Shown here: one piece after another, positions 21,567 to 30,353 of the stretch
Layout of the letters: each line of letters opens with the position of its first letter
Position numbering within the stretch: the stretch's first letter is position 1
Source of the DNA: Candidatus Berkelbacteria bacterium
GTDB taxonomy: Bacteria > Patescibacteriota > UBA1384 > UBA12157 > JAENIV01
Length of the DNA stretch: 30,353 bases
Reading direction: 5' to 3'
Assembly: GCA_016844295.1 (NCBI GenBank)
Contig: JAENIV010000008.1
Coordinates: forward strand, 1 to 30,353
Translations under genes and position numbers: made by a program
Notes under the pieces: generated by a model
Database searches by the model: none
Told to the model about the DNA's origin: nothing
What the model saw: the letters and a program-made list of their open reading frames with translations, nothing else

Positions 21567-22112
21567 ATGGTTAAAAAAGGATTCACCTTAATTGAATTAT
21601 TAGTTGTTATGGGAATAATTGGACTTATGTCAGCAATTATTATCGTTGCTGTTTCTGCTGCTCGAAGAACAGCCCGGGATGGTCGAAGACTTGCGGATGT
21701 TAAGACCTTGAAAAATGCCATAGACCAGACTTATCTAAAAAGCGGGAAATATCCGATTGTTGGTTCTGAGGCGGTAACTACAGACTGTAATGCCTCAAAG
21801 ACTATGGCCCTTTTAAAAACAGCCATTGATGCAATAATACCCGGTGTTTATCCCACAAACGTTATTCACGACCCGACAGTTGCTACTGACTATACATATA
21901 TTTGGGGCGGAACAGTTGTAGGGACGACTTGTCCGGCCGATGCAAGTTATGGATTGTTAGTGAAGTTTGAAAATCCTCGAACAATCGGAACAACCTACTA
22001 TGATAGCACCTCAAGAAGATATTTTTGTAAAACTGGCACAAATTTGCATGCAGGTTGGTGGGACAATGCAGCCACGCCCGCTGTCAACGAAGCCCCAAAT
22101 TGCGATTTTTAA
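21567..22112 (+). CDS. Prepilin-type N-terminal cleavage/methylation protein (GspG-like)
   Basis: G|[20 protein letters not shown]-terminal APNCDF. Confidence 0.9.
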   Translation: MVKKGFTLIELLVVMGIIGLMSAIIIVAVSAARRTARDGRRLADVKTLKNAIDQTYLKSGKYPIVGSEAVTTDCNASKTMALLKTAIDAIIPGVYPTNVIHDPTVATDYTYIWGGTVVGTTCPADASYGLLVKFENPRTIGTTYYDSTSRRYFCKTGTNLHAGWWDNAATPAVNEAPNCDF

Positions 22113-22122
22113 AAGGAGTATT

Positions 22123-22575
22123 ATGACAAAAAGTAAATTACATGGCTTTACTTTAATCGAAATGTTAGTTGTTGTGGCAATAATTGCCCTTTTAGCGAGC
22201 ATTGTTATTGTTTCGGTTCAGAAGGCTGCTGCTAATGCAAGAGACGCGCGTAGAAAAGCCGATATCAAAACTCTCAAGAATGCGATTGAGCAATACGCAA
22301 ATAATAATCGAGGTTTGTATCCAACAACTGCGCCTACAGAAGGAAGTGCCCAATTACTAAGCACTTTATTAAGTCCATATCTTAATCCAATTCCTAACGA
22401 CCCAGCACCCCAAAGTACAAGTTATACAAACTATTGGTATTACAGCCCAACGACCAATAGTTATGGCTTGAGGGTACAGTTTGAAGAATTAACTTTTGGG
22501 ACGGTGAAATACTGTAAGACCGGAGTTAATATGGTAGCGACATGGTGGTCGAGCGCGCCAACTTGCGATTTATAA
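22123..22575 (+). CDS. Prepilin-type protein; start reassigned to ATG 22123
   Basis: AAGGAG RBS, MTKSKLHG|FTLIEML, ARDARRKADI, C-terminal APTCDL. Confidence 0.9.
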   Translation: MTKSKLHGFTLIEMLVVVAIIALLASIVIVSVQKAAANARDARRKADIKTLKNAIEQYANNNRGLYPTTAPTEGSAQLLSTLLSPYLNPIPNDPAPQSTSYTNYWYYSPTTNSYGLRVQFEELTFGTVKYCKTGVNMVATWWSSAPTCDL

Positions 22576-22584
22576 ACAAAATAT

Positions 22585-23079
22585 ATGCTTAGAAAGAGTT
22601 TCACCTTAATCGAAATGTTAGTTGTAGTTTCCATAATCGCTATACTGGCAACAATTGTTATAGTTGCCGTGCAGCGTTCTTCATTGAACGCTCGCGACGG
22701 TAGGAGGGAAGCCGATGTAAAAAGTATCCAAACCGCTCTGGAGCAATACGCAAATGCACATTATGGTAATTACCCGCTTGCTCCATGTTTTTATTTTAAT
22801 GGGCGGGCATACGACATCTCCGAAACACATTCAAAGGCTTGCGATTCACAATCACCTCCCGTAGGCGCAGTAAGAGTAGCAGATGCATTAAAACCTTATT
22901 TAGATCCGATCCCTAAAGATCCAATACTTAATCCAAATGAAACATCTGCAAAAGGCAAATATGTCTACGTTTCAACTACGGGCCGGGAATACGGTATTCA
23001 AATATATATTGAAGATACAGATTCTTTTTGTGCGGTAGGTCCTGAAGGAACTGGATGGACCACTCCGTGTGATTTTTAA
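22585..23079 (+). CDS. Prepilin-type protein (Ser at -1)
   Basis: RKS|FTLIEML, ARDGRREADV, YLDPIPKDP, C-terminal TPCDF. Confidence 0.9.
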   Translation: MLRKSFTLIEMLVVVSIIAILATIVIVAVQRSSLNARDGRREADVKSIQTALEQYANAHYGNYPLAPCFYFNGRAYDISETHSKACDSQSPPVGAVRVADALKPYLDPIPKDPILNPNETSAKGKYVYVSTTGREYGIQIYIEDTDSFCAVGPEGTGWTTPCDF

Positions 23080-23089
23080 AGGAGATTAA

Positions 23090-23761
23090 TTGAGAAAAAA
23101 AGGATTTACATTAATTGAATTACTCGTAGTAATCTTGATCATTGCCTTGATAGCCGGAATGATCTTGACAATAACTACTAGAGCGAGATCTGACGCCAGG
23201 GATGGAAAAAGAAGGGCAGATCTAGATACCATTAAAACTGCCGTCGAGATGTATTACGCAAAATATGGTACATATAAAATTTATAAAACGCTGCCGACTA
23301 CCGCTAATCCAAATGGGGAACTGGCTGGAAATACAGCAGATAGTTTTGGCTATGGTTATTTTTCATGGTTTAATTGTAATCGGGGTGTAGATTACGCTTC
23401 GGTCAGTGTCGGTGAAGCATTAAGGCAATGGGGTTATCTAAATCCTGTACCGATTGCTTCTGGTTTTAATATCAGTGATACAAGTGACGGTCCGGAAGAT
23501 GTTTGTAATAACAGTTATGGCGCCGGTGAAGATGATTTTGTTGAATATATCTACTTTACTGATGGAAATCAATATTCAATCTATACGAAACTTGAGAATC
23601 CTAATTACAATCCGTCAAAAGATCAGGCTTGCGATTACGTAGGCGATACAACTTGTGTATGTCATTGGGACGAAAAAAGCTCAAGCGGAATGTGTCCCCA
23701 CGATGCGATAGGAAGTTATATTGCAAGATGGTCAAATTACCGAGTTGGAAACGGCCAATAA
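23090..23761 (+). CDS. Prepilin-type protein (TTG start)
   Basis: AAGGAG RBS, KKG|FTLIELL, ARDGKRRADL, C-terminal NYRVGNGQ. Confidence 0.9.
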   Translation: MRKKGFTLIELLVVILIIALIAGMILTITTRARSDARDGKRRADLDTIKTAVEMYYAKYGTYKIYKTLPTTANPNGELAGNTADSFGYGYFSWFNCNRGVDYASVSVGEALRQWGYLNPVPIASGFNISDTSDGPEDVCNNSYGAGEDDFVEYIYFTDGNQYSIYTKLENPNYNPSKDQACDYVGDTTCVCHWDEKSSSGMCPHDAIGSYIARWSNYRVGNGQ

Positions 23762-23800
23762 TTAGATTTTTTGAAAATATTAAATTAACAAGGAGATTAA

Positions 23801-24370
23801 ATGAATAAAAGTAGAGGTTTCACCTTAATCGAAATGCTTGTAGTCGTATTTATAATAAGTTTATTGGCAAGTATTGTTATTGTTACGGTAAACCGTAGCC
23901 GTGTTGAAGCCAAAGATGCGAAACGTAAAACGGACTTAGCCACAATTAAAACTGCTGTCGAATTGTATCGTGATCGTTTTGGCACATATGATATTACTTT
24001 TAATACTGGTACACCGCCTTATCCATCATCGGGTTATAATTCGCCGTCAAGAGGCTGGTTTAATTACGAATGCGGCGCAGGTTGTGCTAATTACAAGTAT
24101 TCAATCGCTCATGGTCTTGAGAGTTGGGGATTTTTAAATCCGGCCCCGGTTGATCCTGTCCATAATGGTCCGCCCAGCTGGGCCGCGGGAGATTATGAAT
24201 ATATGCTTTATACAGATGGAAATAAATATTCTATTTATACACGGTTAGAGAATCCAAATTGCACCCCTGTTGGGGATTGTTGGGATAATTCTAGTTCATC
24301 TGGGACATACGCAAGTGTTGGCCCGACATCAGCGTACGAGATGAATTACCGAGTTGGTAATGGATATTGA
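23801..24370 (+). CDS. Prepilin-type protein
   Basis: SRG|FTLIEML, AKDAKRKTDL, C-terminal NYRVGNGY. Confidence 0.9.
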   Translation: MNKSRGFTLIEMLVVVFIISLLASIVIVTVNRSRVEAKDAKRKTDLATIKTAVELYRDRFGTYDITFNTGTPPYPSSGYNSPSRGWFNYECGAGCANYKYSIAHGLESWGFLNPAPVDPVHNGPPSWAAGDYEYMLYTDGNKYSIYTRLENPNCTPVGDCWDNSSSSGTYASVGPTSAYEMNYRVGNGY

Positions 24371-24386
24371 ATCTAAAGGAGGGGTT

Positions 24387-24986
24387 TTGAGCGCAACAAA
24401 AAAGGGCTTCACTTTAATCGAAATAATGGTAGTCGTGTTTATCATTGCTTTAATGACAACTATAATTATTGTCGCTTTTTCTTATCCAAGACAAAATGCG
24501 CGTGATTTACGCAGAATCTCAGATTTAAACGAAGTCGCAGCAGCAATAAATAGATATTATTTGGACAACGGTCATTTTCCTGGAGAAAATTATGACGGGA
24601 CTTGTGGAGAGAATTGTTGGTATCCTCTTTCAAAAATCAGATATTACGATATGGTAAATTTTACTTTGGACACAGAAACTCAATTATCAACATCATATTT
24701 AGATCGAGTTCCACAGGATCCATTATTTCAAACTTCGCAACACGATGGTTCTTTATCTTGGGAAGATGTAACTAATTCTGTCTGGGGATACCGTTTTACG
24801 TGTTGGGGCGGAGGCGTTTCAGAATGCCGATGGTTTTCGTTAGGTACTGTTGTTGAATTAGAAAAAAATGCCACTGTTCTAACAGGCACACCTACGGGTC
24901 AGAAAGAATTTAGACTTTTTAATGGGAAAACATGCTATAACATGAATGAATGTTCGCCACCGAGCGCCCCGGGAACTGGGCAGTAG
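24387..24986 (+). CDS. Prepilin-type protein; start reassigned to TTG 24387
   Basis: AAGGAGG RBS, KKG|FTLIEIM, ARDLRRISDL, YLDRVPQDP. Confidence 0.88.
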   Translation: MSATKKGFTLIEIMVVVFIIALMTTIIIVAFSYPRQNARDLRRISDLNEVAAAINRYYLDNGHFPGENYDGTCGENCWYPLSKIRYYDMVNFTLDTETQLSTSYLDRVPQDPLFQTSQHDGSLSWEDVTNSVWGYRFTCWGGGVSECRWFSLGTVVELEKNATVLTGTPTGQKEFRLFNGKTCYNMNECSPPSAPGTGQ

Positions 24987-25007
24987 AGAATTATTTAAGG
25001 AGGGTCG

Positions 25008-26480
25008 TTGATTCATAAATCATTCACTTTAATCGAAATCCTGGTTGTTGTTTTTATAATTGCCCTAATTACAAGTATTATAATTTTATCTTTTGGTTAT
25101 CCCAGACAAACGTCGCGGGATTCTGAGCGTAATTCTGACTTAAATAAAGTAGCTGCGGCCCTCGGTAACTATTATCTTGATAATAGTAAATACCCCTTGC
25201 CGAACTCCGGGGCTCTGTTAAATCCCGGAGAAAATGAATCAAACATTGCTACTTCGAAATCTGATTATATTTATTTACTTGGCGTATTAACAGGAACTCC
25301 CAAATATTTAGATAAGTGTGTGAGAGATCCAAATGATCAAGTCGCTATCTCCGATTGTACTTCGCTCCAAAATCCCACAAATCCAAATTTCGGTTATCGG
25401 TATGTTTGCTGGAAAAATAGTCCGACTGGGGCAGATTGCCAAAGTTATTTACTTGTTGGCGCCACAGAGTTGGAGAAAGGGGCTAATATTTTATCCGGAG
25501 GTCTTTCGACAGAAAAGGAGTTTGCTATTTGTAACGGGAAAACCACCGGTCAAACTCAATGCGGAGTCCAACTTGTCGGAGGGACGACACCAACACCGAC
25601 GATTACAGTTACAAATAACCCGGGTCCCGCGATTGCCTATTTATTTTGGAAAGACGATGCTGAAAATTATCAAAATTTAGGACGGTTTTTACACACAACC
25701 ATAGACCAATGGGCTGCGGGGACAACGCGCGGAATCATGTGGGACACTGATAGTCGAAACTCACGCTACGATACAAGTTTTTCATGTTTAAAATACTGTG
25801 CAACGCCGAAGACAGGCACAGGGGAATTATGCGGATGCGGAGAAAATAATCCGGAGCAATTTTACGCCGACGTTTTAAGAAATCGTGCTGAAATTCGAGT
25901 TTGTACTGACCAAAGTTGTAGCGGTTCAAGTTACATCGGAACAGTCCACCTTTTCCAAAACGGGGTTGACAAAGGTAAATTCGCCACATCTTCAATTGAT
26001 GCAACTTCTATGTGGGTAGTAGTCCCTGACCCGATGGGAGGACCGCCTTATCAGTCATGTGATTTTCAAACTAAATCTTATTATATCGTCTCTACAAATT
26101 ACTACGTTCACGAGACTATAAGTTTACCAAATACATCAGATCACGCCCAGGATGATTTAATTGCCAAGTTTAATTCAGATATTTTAGCCCTTAAAGTTGT
26201 TGATAACGCTGGGGGCGATAAAGGTGAATTAAAAATATTTCAAAAAAGTGGCACAACTTACAACGATTTGGGTAAGTATAGAGAAACTTCTGGGGGTGCC
26301 CAAGGCAGATGTAAATCTGCTTTAACGACAAATTGGAATCAGGTCAATGTCAGATGGGCAACCGATACAAACCGCGGAGGGTCAAATGACAGTCCTTTTG
26401 ATGAAACTTGTCTTGATTTAACGTGTGAAATTAACCGATGGCTAACTAATACAGGAATATATGTTGGGCTTTCGTTATAA
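25008..26480 (+). CDS. Large (490 aa) prepilin-type protein with extra Cys/Trp-rich C-terminal domain
   Basis: HKS|FTLIEIL, pilin domain, TTPTPT linker, ~280-aa extension. Confidence 0.88.
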   Translation: MIHKSFTLIEILVVVFIIALITSIIILSFGYPRQTSRDSERNSDLNKVAAALGNYYLDNSKYPLPNSGALLNPGENESNIATSKSDYIYLLGVLTGTPKYLDKCVRDPNDQVAISDCTSLQNPTNPNFGYRYVCWKNSPTGADCQSYLLVGATELEKGANILSGGLSTEKEFAICNGKTTGQTQCGVQLVGGTTPTPTITVTNNPGPAIAYLFWKDDAENYQNLGRFLHTTIDQWAAGTTRGIMWDTDSRNSRYDTSFSCLKYCATPKTGTGELCGCGENNPEQFYADVLRNRAEIRVCTDQSCSGSSYIGTVHLFQNGVDKGKFATSSIDATSMWVVVPDPMGGPPYQSCDFQTKSYYIVSTNYYVHETISLPNTSDHAQDDLIAKFNSDILALKVVDNAGGDKGELKIFQKSGTTYNDLGKYRETSGGAQGRCKSALTTNWNQVNVRWATDTNRGGSNDSPFDETCLDLTCEINRWLTNTGIYVGLSL

Positions 26481-26484
26481 CAAT

Positions 26485-27108
26485 ATGAAAAAACACAAAT
26501 CATTCACTTTAATCGAAATGCTGGTAACCATTATGATTGTGGTTTTAATTACCTCAGTTTCGGTTTTAAGTTTAGGTTCGGCAAAAAGTGCGGAAACTGT
26601 TTCAACTCAAGGTGACGAATTAAAGGGCTTAATTGATGAATTAAAAAGTTACGCTGCCGGTAACGACAGAGATCGGGCTGGTAATTATGTATTAATAATT
26701 CAAACAAGCGGGGCTACAGGCACAGATTATTGTAATCAACCTGCAGCGGCCAATAGAAACAGTCTAATAAAGAATGAATATATGATTTGCGAAACGCAAG
26801 ATAAAGATATTTCAAGTTATACTTTGCCGGGCTCTTTGGATAATAGCAATTTGAATAGGGTTCGAGCCGGGAGTTTAAATTCAGATTTGACGATTGCTTC
26901 TGCCGGTTTTGATCCGGCCAATCCGACTAGTTCAGTTAATCCGATAGTTATCAATATCAGGGCATATGATGGTCAAGTGGGTTACGGTTTAAAATACTGT
27001 GATTCATCGTCAACATATTGCGGTCCAACCTTTCCTACAATAACACTTACAAAATCTGATCAAACCCAAACATTAACTTTAAATTCAATTTTAGGGACAT
27101 TTCGATGA
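26485..27108 (+). CDS. Minor pilin (FimT/GspH-like position); start reassigned to ATG 26485
   Basis: MKKHKS|FTLIEML; C-terminal TITLTK...TLTLNSILG resembles GspH/FimT-like ends. Confidence 0.8.
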   Translation: MKKHKSFTLIEMLVTIMIVVLITSVSVLSLGSAKSAETVSTQGDELKGLIDELKSYAAGNDRDRAGNYVLIIQTSGATGTDYCNQPAAANRNSLIKNEYMICETQDKDISSYTLPGSLDNSNLNRVRAGSLNSDLTIASAGFDPANPTSSVNPIVINIRAYDGQVGYGLKYCDSSSTYCGPTFPTITLTKSDQTQTLTLNSILGTFR

Positions 27109-27563
27109 AAAAAAATCCACCAATCTTTTTATCACGAATAATCGCGAATAAGAGGGAAAGGAATGCCTTCAGTTTAATCGAGGTGGTTTTCGCCTGTGCA
27201 GTCTTAATTATTTTTATGCTCGCAGGTGTGATTTTATATGGTACCAGCATGCGTAATGCCGTTATCTCTAAACATCGCTTAACTGCCAATTATTTAGCAA
27301 ATAAATATCTTGAAGAGTTTAACGTTTGTCGTGATGCTTATTATATGAACAGCCCGGCTGCTTCTCCAAACTGGGTTACGATTCTGAGTAGTTGCGCCCC
27401 AGTGCCCGCAAGCGCATCTTATGATGGAATTAGTTATAGTTACGCTCGAGCGAATCTAGCAATTTTTGGCGGGCAAAGAGTAACAATTACTGTTTCGTGG
27501 ACGGACTTTAGCGCAAATTATAATGTTACACTTTACAGGTATTTAACAGATTGGCAAAAATAA
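27105..27563 (+). CDS. Minor pilin, PilV/GspI-like
   Basis: RNA|FSLIEVVFA, A..LA...LE, RVTITVSW. Confidence 0.8.
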   Translation: MKKNPPIFLSRIIANKRERNAFSLIEVVFACAVLIIFMLAGVILYGTSMRNAVISKHRLTANYLANKYLEEFNVCRDAYYMNSPAASPNWVTILSSCAPVPASASYDGISYSYARANLAIFGGQRVTITVSWTDFSANYNVTLYRYLTDWQK

Positions 27564-28225
27564 TGAAAAGAAATTTTGCTAAAACAAAATCTTTCACTTT
27601 AATAGAATTACTTGTTTCGGTGACAATTTTCGTTGTTGTTACTGTTGTTGTTATTTCGATTCTTTCAATTACCGTCAGTTCCAAATCTAAAATTAAAGCC
27701 ATAAATCAACTGCGGACCGAGGGCAGTATGGTTATGGCCGAAGCCCAAGATATGGTTGAAAAAGGAAATTATTTTTCCGGTGGCAATGCGGGGGTAGTAA
27801 TAAAACCGGATAATGTTTACATGGCTGCGAATGCCTGCGTACCTCTTACCGAGACCACACCGCTTATTAATGATATGCTCGGCTCATTTTATATGGATCC
27901 CAAGGGAGCGTTGGTTGGCAGAGATCTATCAGTAAATTCCAGCCGTATTCAACTGTTAAAAACAATTACTCCGCCAGGCAGCCCAATAAATTCGCAAACT
28001 GGTTATTTAACTTCGGAAGGAGTGCAAGTAACAAAATTTTATGTTTATGGTTTATATCGAAATCCAAATATTATTGTTTGTGGCCAGCCAACAAAAGTTG
28101 TTATTGATCTTGGCCTTAAGGTCATTGCCAGCGGTTCTTCCGGCCAGGACTCAACCTTAAATATAATATCAACATTTACCCCAAAATATCCCGGCCCGGA
28201 TTTAGCCGGAGATTCAGTGCAATAA
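27563..28225 (+). CDS. Minor pilin, PilW/GspJ-like; start taken at ATG 27563 (TAATG coupling)
   Basis: TKS|[13 protein letters not shown]. Confidence 0.8.
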   Translation: MKRNFAKTKSFTLIELLVSVTIFVVVTVVVISILSITVSSKSKIKAINQLRTEGSMVMAEAQDMVEKGNYFSGGNAGVVIKPDNVYMAANACVPLTETTPLINDMLGSFYMDPKGALVGRDLSVNSSRIQLLKTITPPGSPINSQTGYLTSEGVQVTKFYVYGLYRNPNIIVCGQPTKVVIDLGLKVIASGSSGQDSTLNIISTFTPKYPGPDLAGDSVQ

Positions 28226-28234
28226 GGGAAAATT

Positions 28235-29500
28235 ATGAAAATTAAAATTTATAACAAAGGAAAAAGCGCAGCCTTGATCATTGCCTTAATTATCGTCACG
28301 GTATCTTCAATTATGCTTCTTGGTCTTGGGAGGACAACAATTAGTTCAACTTTTGTGTCAAATCGCTTTGGCGATTCAGTCATCGCAAATAATTTAGCCT
28401 GGAGCGGTATTGAAGATGCTTTAGTTAGGCTTAGAGGAAACGTTCTTTCATTATATTGGCCTGATTGGGGAGTTATTAATGATGGCACTTCTTTCGGTTA
28501 TCCGTTCATAATAAGAAGAAATGCAACAAAGCATGGAACCGGACCTGTGGGGAAGACTAACCAAATAGCAGGATATCAAACGGCTGGTCCGCCTCCGGTC
28601 GTTCCCGGTATTAATAATATTGTATCTGTCCTGAATTCTTGTGTATCTGGGGTAGATAATCTGTGTGATAGTAGTTGGGTTCAATCTGATCAGTATTATG
28701 ATGTTCGAGCCTCTGGAAGCGATGATACCGCAGGGCCTCAAGTTGGGAGTCAACCTGTAAGATTGGTTAATTTACAATATAGTGGTGGAGCATATAGCCC
28801 TGTAAGGAAAAATGGATTTTATAAAATTAGTAATACCGAGGGAACATCAGTTGATAGGTTTTTTGACTTATCACAATACAGAGGTAATACTGGGGCTCTT
28901 GACTCAGATCAACGTATTGGACTTGTTTTTGAAATGTCTGGCGCTACAATTCCAGCAGGCGGTAATATTGATATTAACTTTTTTATTAAGTATAAAAATC
29001 TAGATACTAATTTAGATTTAAAAAATGATCATTTGTCGTGTAAAAGTTTTATTGTAGGTCCCCCGGCTCAGAATAAGCTCGGTTACCAAGAGAGTTTCTG
29101 GGTAACTGATCAACCAGCCTATCCAACCGTACCGGTTGGAGTACAAACATTAGCATTCTACACACCTTTCTCGTGTGTGGCCGGAGTTGGTATAAATGCG
29201 GCGGTAGACTACGCGGGCGTTAGGGTAAATTATAATGGTGGCGCGACGGGAAATATTTATTTTGGATTACGAACTTCAACGTCTTTACCGCAGAATGGAG
29301 ATTCATTCTTAGGAACAGGCGTTACCAAATTAATTTCCACTGGCATCGCTGGCAACGCTCGTAAAACAATCGAGGTTTGGGCGTATAAAAATTTAAAACT
29401 TGATTTAAATTCGCCAATTCCTCTCTGTAAGGGCGTGAACGATGGAATTAGTAATTTGAGTTTATGCCAAATAAAAATTGATAAAGACATAAAATATTAA
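28235..29500 (+). CDS. PilX/GspK-like minor pilin (no Glu5)
   Basis: GKS|AALIIALII, A..LA.SGIEDAL, late LISTGIAGNARKTIEV motif. Confidence 0.78.
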   Translation: MKIKIYNKGKSAALIIALIIVTVSSIMLLGLGRTTISSTFVSNRFGDSVIANNLAWSGIEDALVRLRGNVLSLYWPDWGVINDGTSFGYPFIIRRNATKHGTGPVGKTNQIAGYQTAGPPPVVPGINNIVSVLNSCVSGVDNLCDSSWVQSDQYYDVRASGSDDTAGPQVGSQPVRLVNLQYSGGAYSPVRKNGFYKISNTEGTSVDRFFDLSQYRGNTGALDSDQRIGLVFEMSGATIPAGGNIDINFFIKYKNLDTNLDLKNDHLSCKSFIVGPPAQNKLGYQESFWVTDQPAYPTVPVGVQTLAFYTPFSCVAGVGINAAVDYAGVRVNYNGGATGNIYFGLRTSTSLPQNGDSFLGTGVTKLISTGIAGNARKTIEVWAYKNLKLDLNSPIPLCKGVNDGISNLSLCQIKIDKDIKY

Positions 29501-29508
29501 AGGACAAT

Positions 29509-30353
29509 ATGCTTAGAAAAAAATCTTTCACCTTAATTGAACTTGTTGTGGTTATTTTTATTATTATTTTATTGGTTTCTATTTCTATTATTATTTTCAA
29601 TCAGGACGATTATAAAATGAGGCAAAATGACGGCAAGCGCTTAAAAGAAATTAATGAAATGTCTATTGCAATTGAGGCCTTCAAAGCCGACAAAGGCCAT
29701 TATCCTTTAATTAATTGGGGGCTAGGTATACAAGCCTATGAGGCAATTAATTCAGTTAGTCCTGGGACATACCCTGCGGAATGTGCTAATCCTTTTGGGG
29801 CAAATTATTCCGCTTATAATGATTATTGGAATGGTCAAGATCCGGATGGGGCTGGACCATTGCCAGTACAGCGATTTGACCCTGGGACGGAGTTAAAATT
29901 CCGCACAAGCGATAATGCTGGATGCGATGATTTGTCTTTACAATTACTTGGGAGGGCATATTTACCCAAAATGCCCAATGATAATCCTTTAACTTCTGCG
30001 TATGACCCGACGAATGAACCAGCGGGCGTTGGATTATGGGTTTTAGCAGGCCAAAAATCTTATCTTGATGAAATTCCTAAGGACCCCTTGAATATTAGCG
30101 TTGTTTGTAAAACTTGCGCCAATCCAACTGCTGATTACGACAAAGTCACTGGTCAACCAAATTGGTTATTTAGATATCTATATAATTCATATTATGCCTG
30201 TGAGCCAGAAGCAATTTTTGTTGGTGATAAATATTGGTTAAACTCAATTACTCAATTAATGCAAAATGGTGAGCCGGATACAACCACCGGACTGTATTTA
30301 TATGAGATCGGAACAGCCAATTGGTTTCGTCACCCGAGAAGTGTGTGTCAATA
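29509..30353 (+). CDS. Large prepilin-type protein, truncated by the window edge
   Basis: Manual translation MLRKKS|FTLIELVVV...NDGKRLKEINEMSIAIEAFKADKGHYP...; open to the end of the window; AAGGA RBS. Confidence 0.88.
   Translation, partial: MLRKKSFTLIELVVVIFIIILLVSISIIIFNQDDYKMRQNDGKRLKEINEMSIAIEAFKADKGHYPLINWGLGIQAYEAINSVSPGTYPAECANPFGANYSAYNDYWNGQDPDGAGPLPVQRFDPGTELKFRTSDNAGCDDLSLQLLGRAYLPKMPNDNPLTSAYDPTNEPAGVGLWVLAGQKSYLDEIPKDPLNISVVCKTCANPTADYDKVTGQPNWLFRYLYNSYYACEPEAIFVGDKYWLNSITQLMQNGEPDTTTGLYLYEIGTANWFRHPRSVCQ

Noticed and set aside
19861-30353. Shufflon or invertible pilin system
   Set aside because: All pilins are co-oriented, with no inverted recombination sites and no recombinase in the window.

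Overview
AT-rich bacterial window. Gene content and style suggest Patescibacteria/CPR; this is inferred, not proven. The left half holds housekeeping genes: a partial PIN/TRAM gene, PBP1A, tyrS, argS, membrane proteins, an M50 peptidase, rpmB (missed by the ORF track), holB, a PSP1/RicT gene, a TPR gene and rpmG. The right half is a type IV pilus locus: pilB, pilT, a GIY-YIG cassette flanked by REP-like repeats, pilC, pilA, pilD and 14 prepilin-type genes in total, one frameshifted and one running off the window edge. The most striking signal is that three of the four intact tRNA genes, Pro(GGG), Tyr(GTA) and Trp(CCA), each sit inside the anticodon loop of a second tRNA-shaped 'shell'. Each shell has its own acceptor stem and T-arm, its acceptor end matches the isotype of the inner tRNA, and an extra helix clamps the inner tRNA. 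tRNA-Thr(GGT) is ordinary. Other observations are a ~100-nt dispersed intergenic element in four copies with compensatory hairpins, heptamer inverted-repeat scaffolds, and two apparent internal deletions. All structures were folded and aligned by eye; no searches were run.
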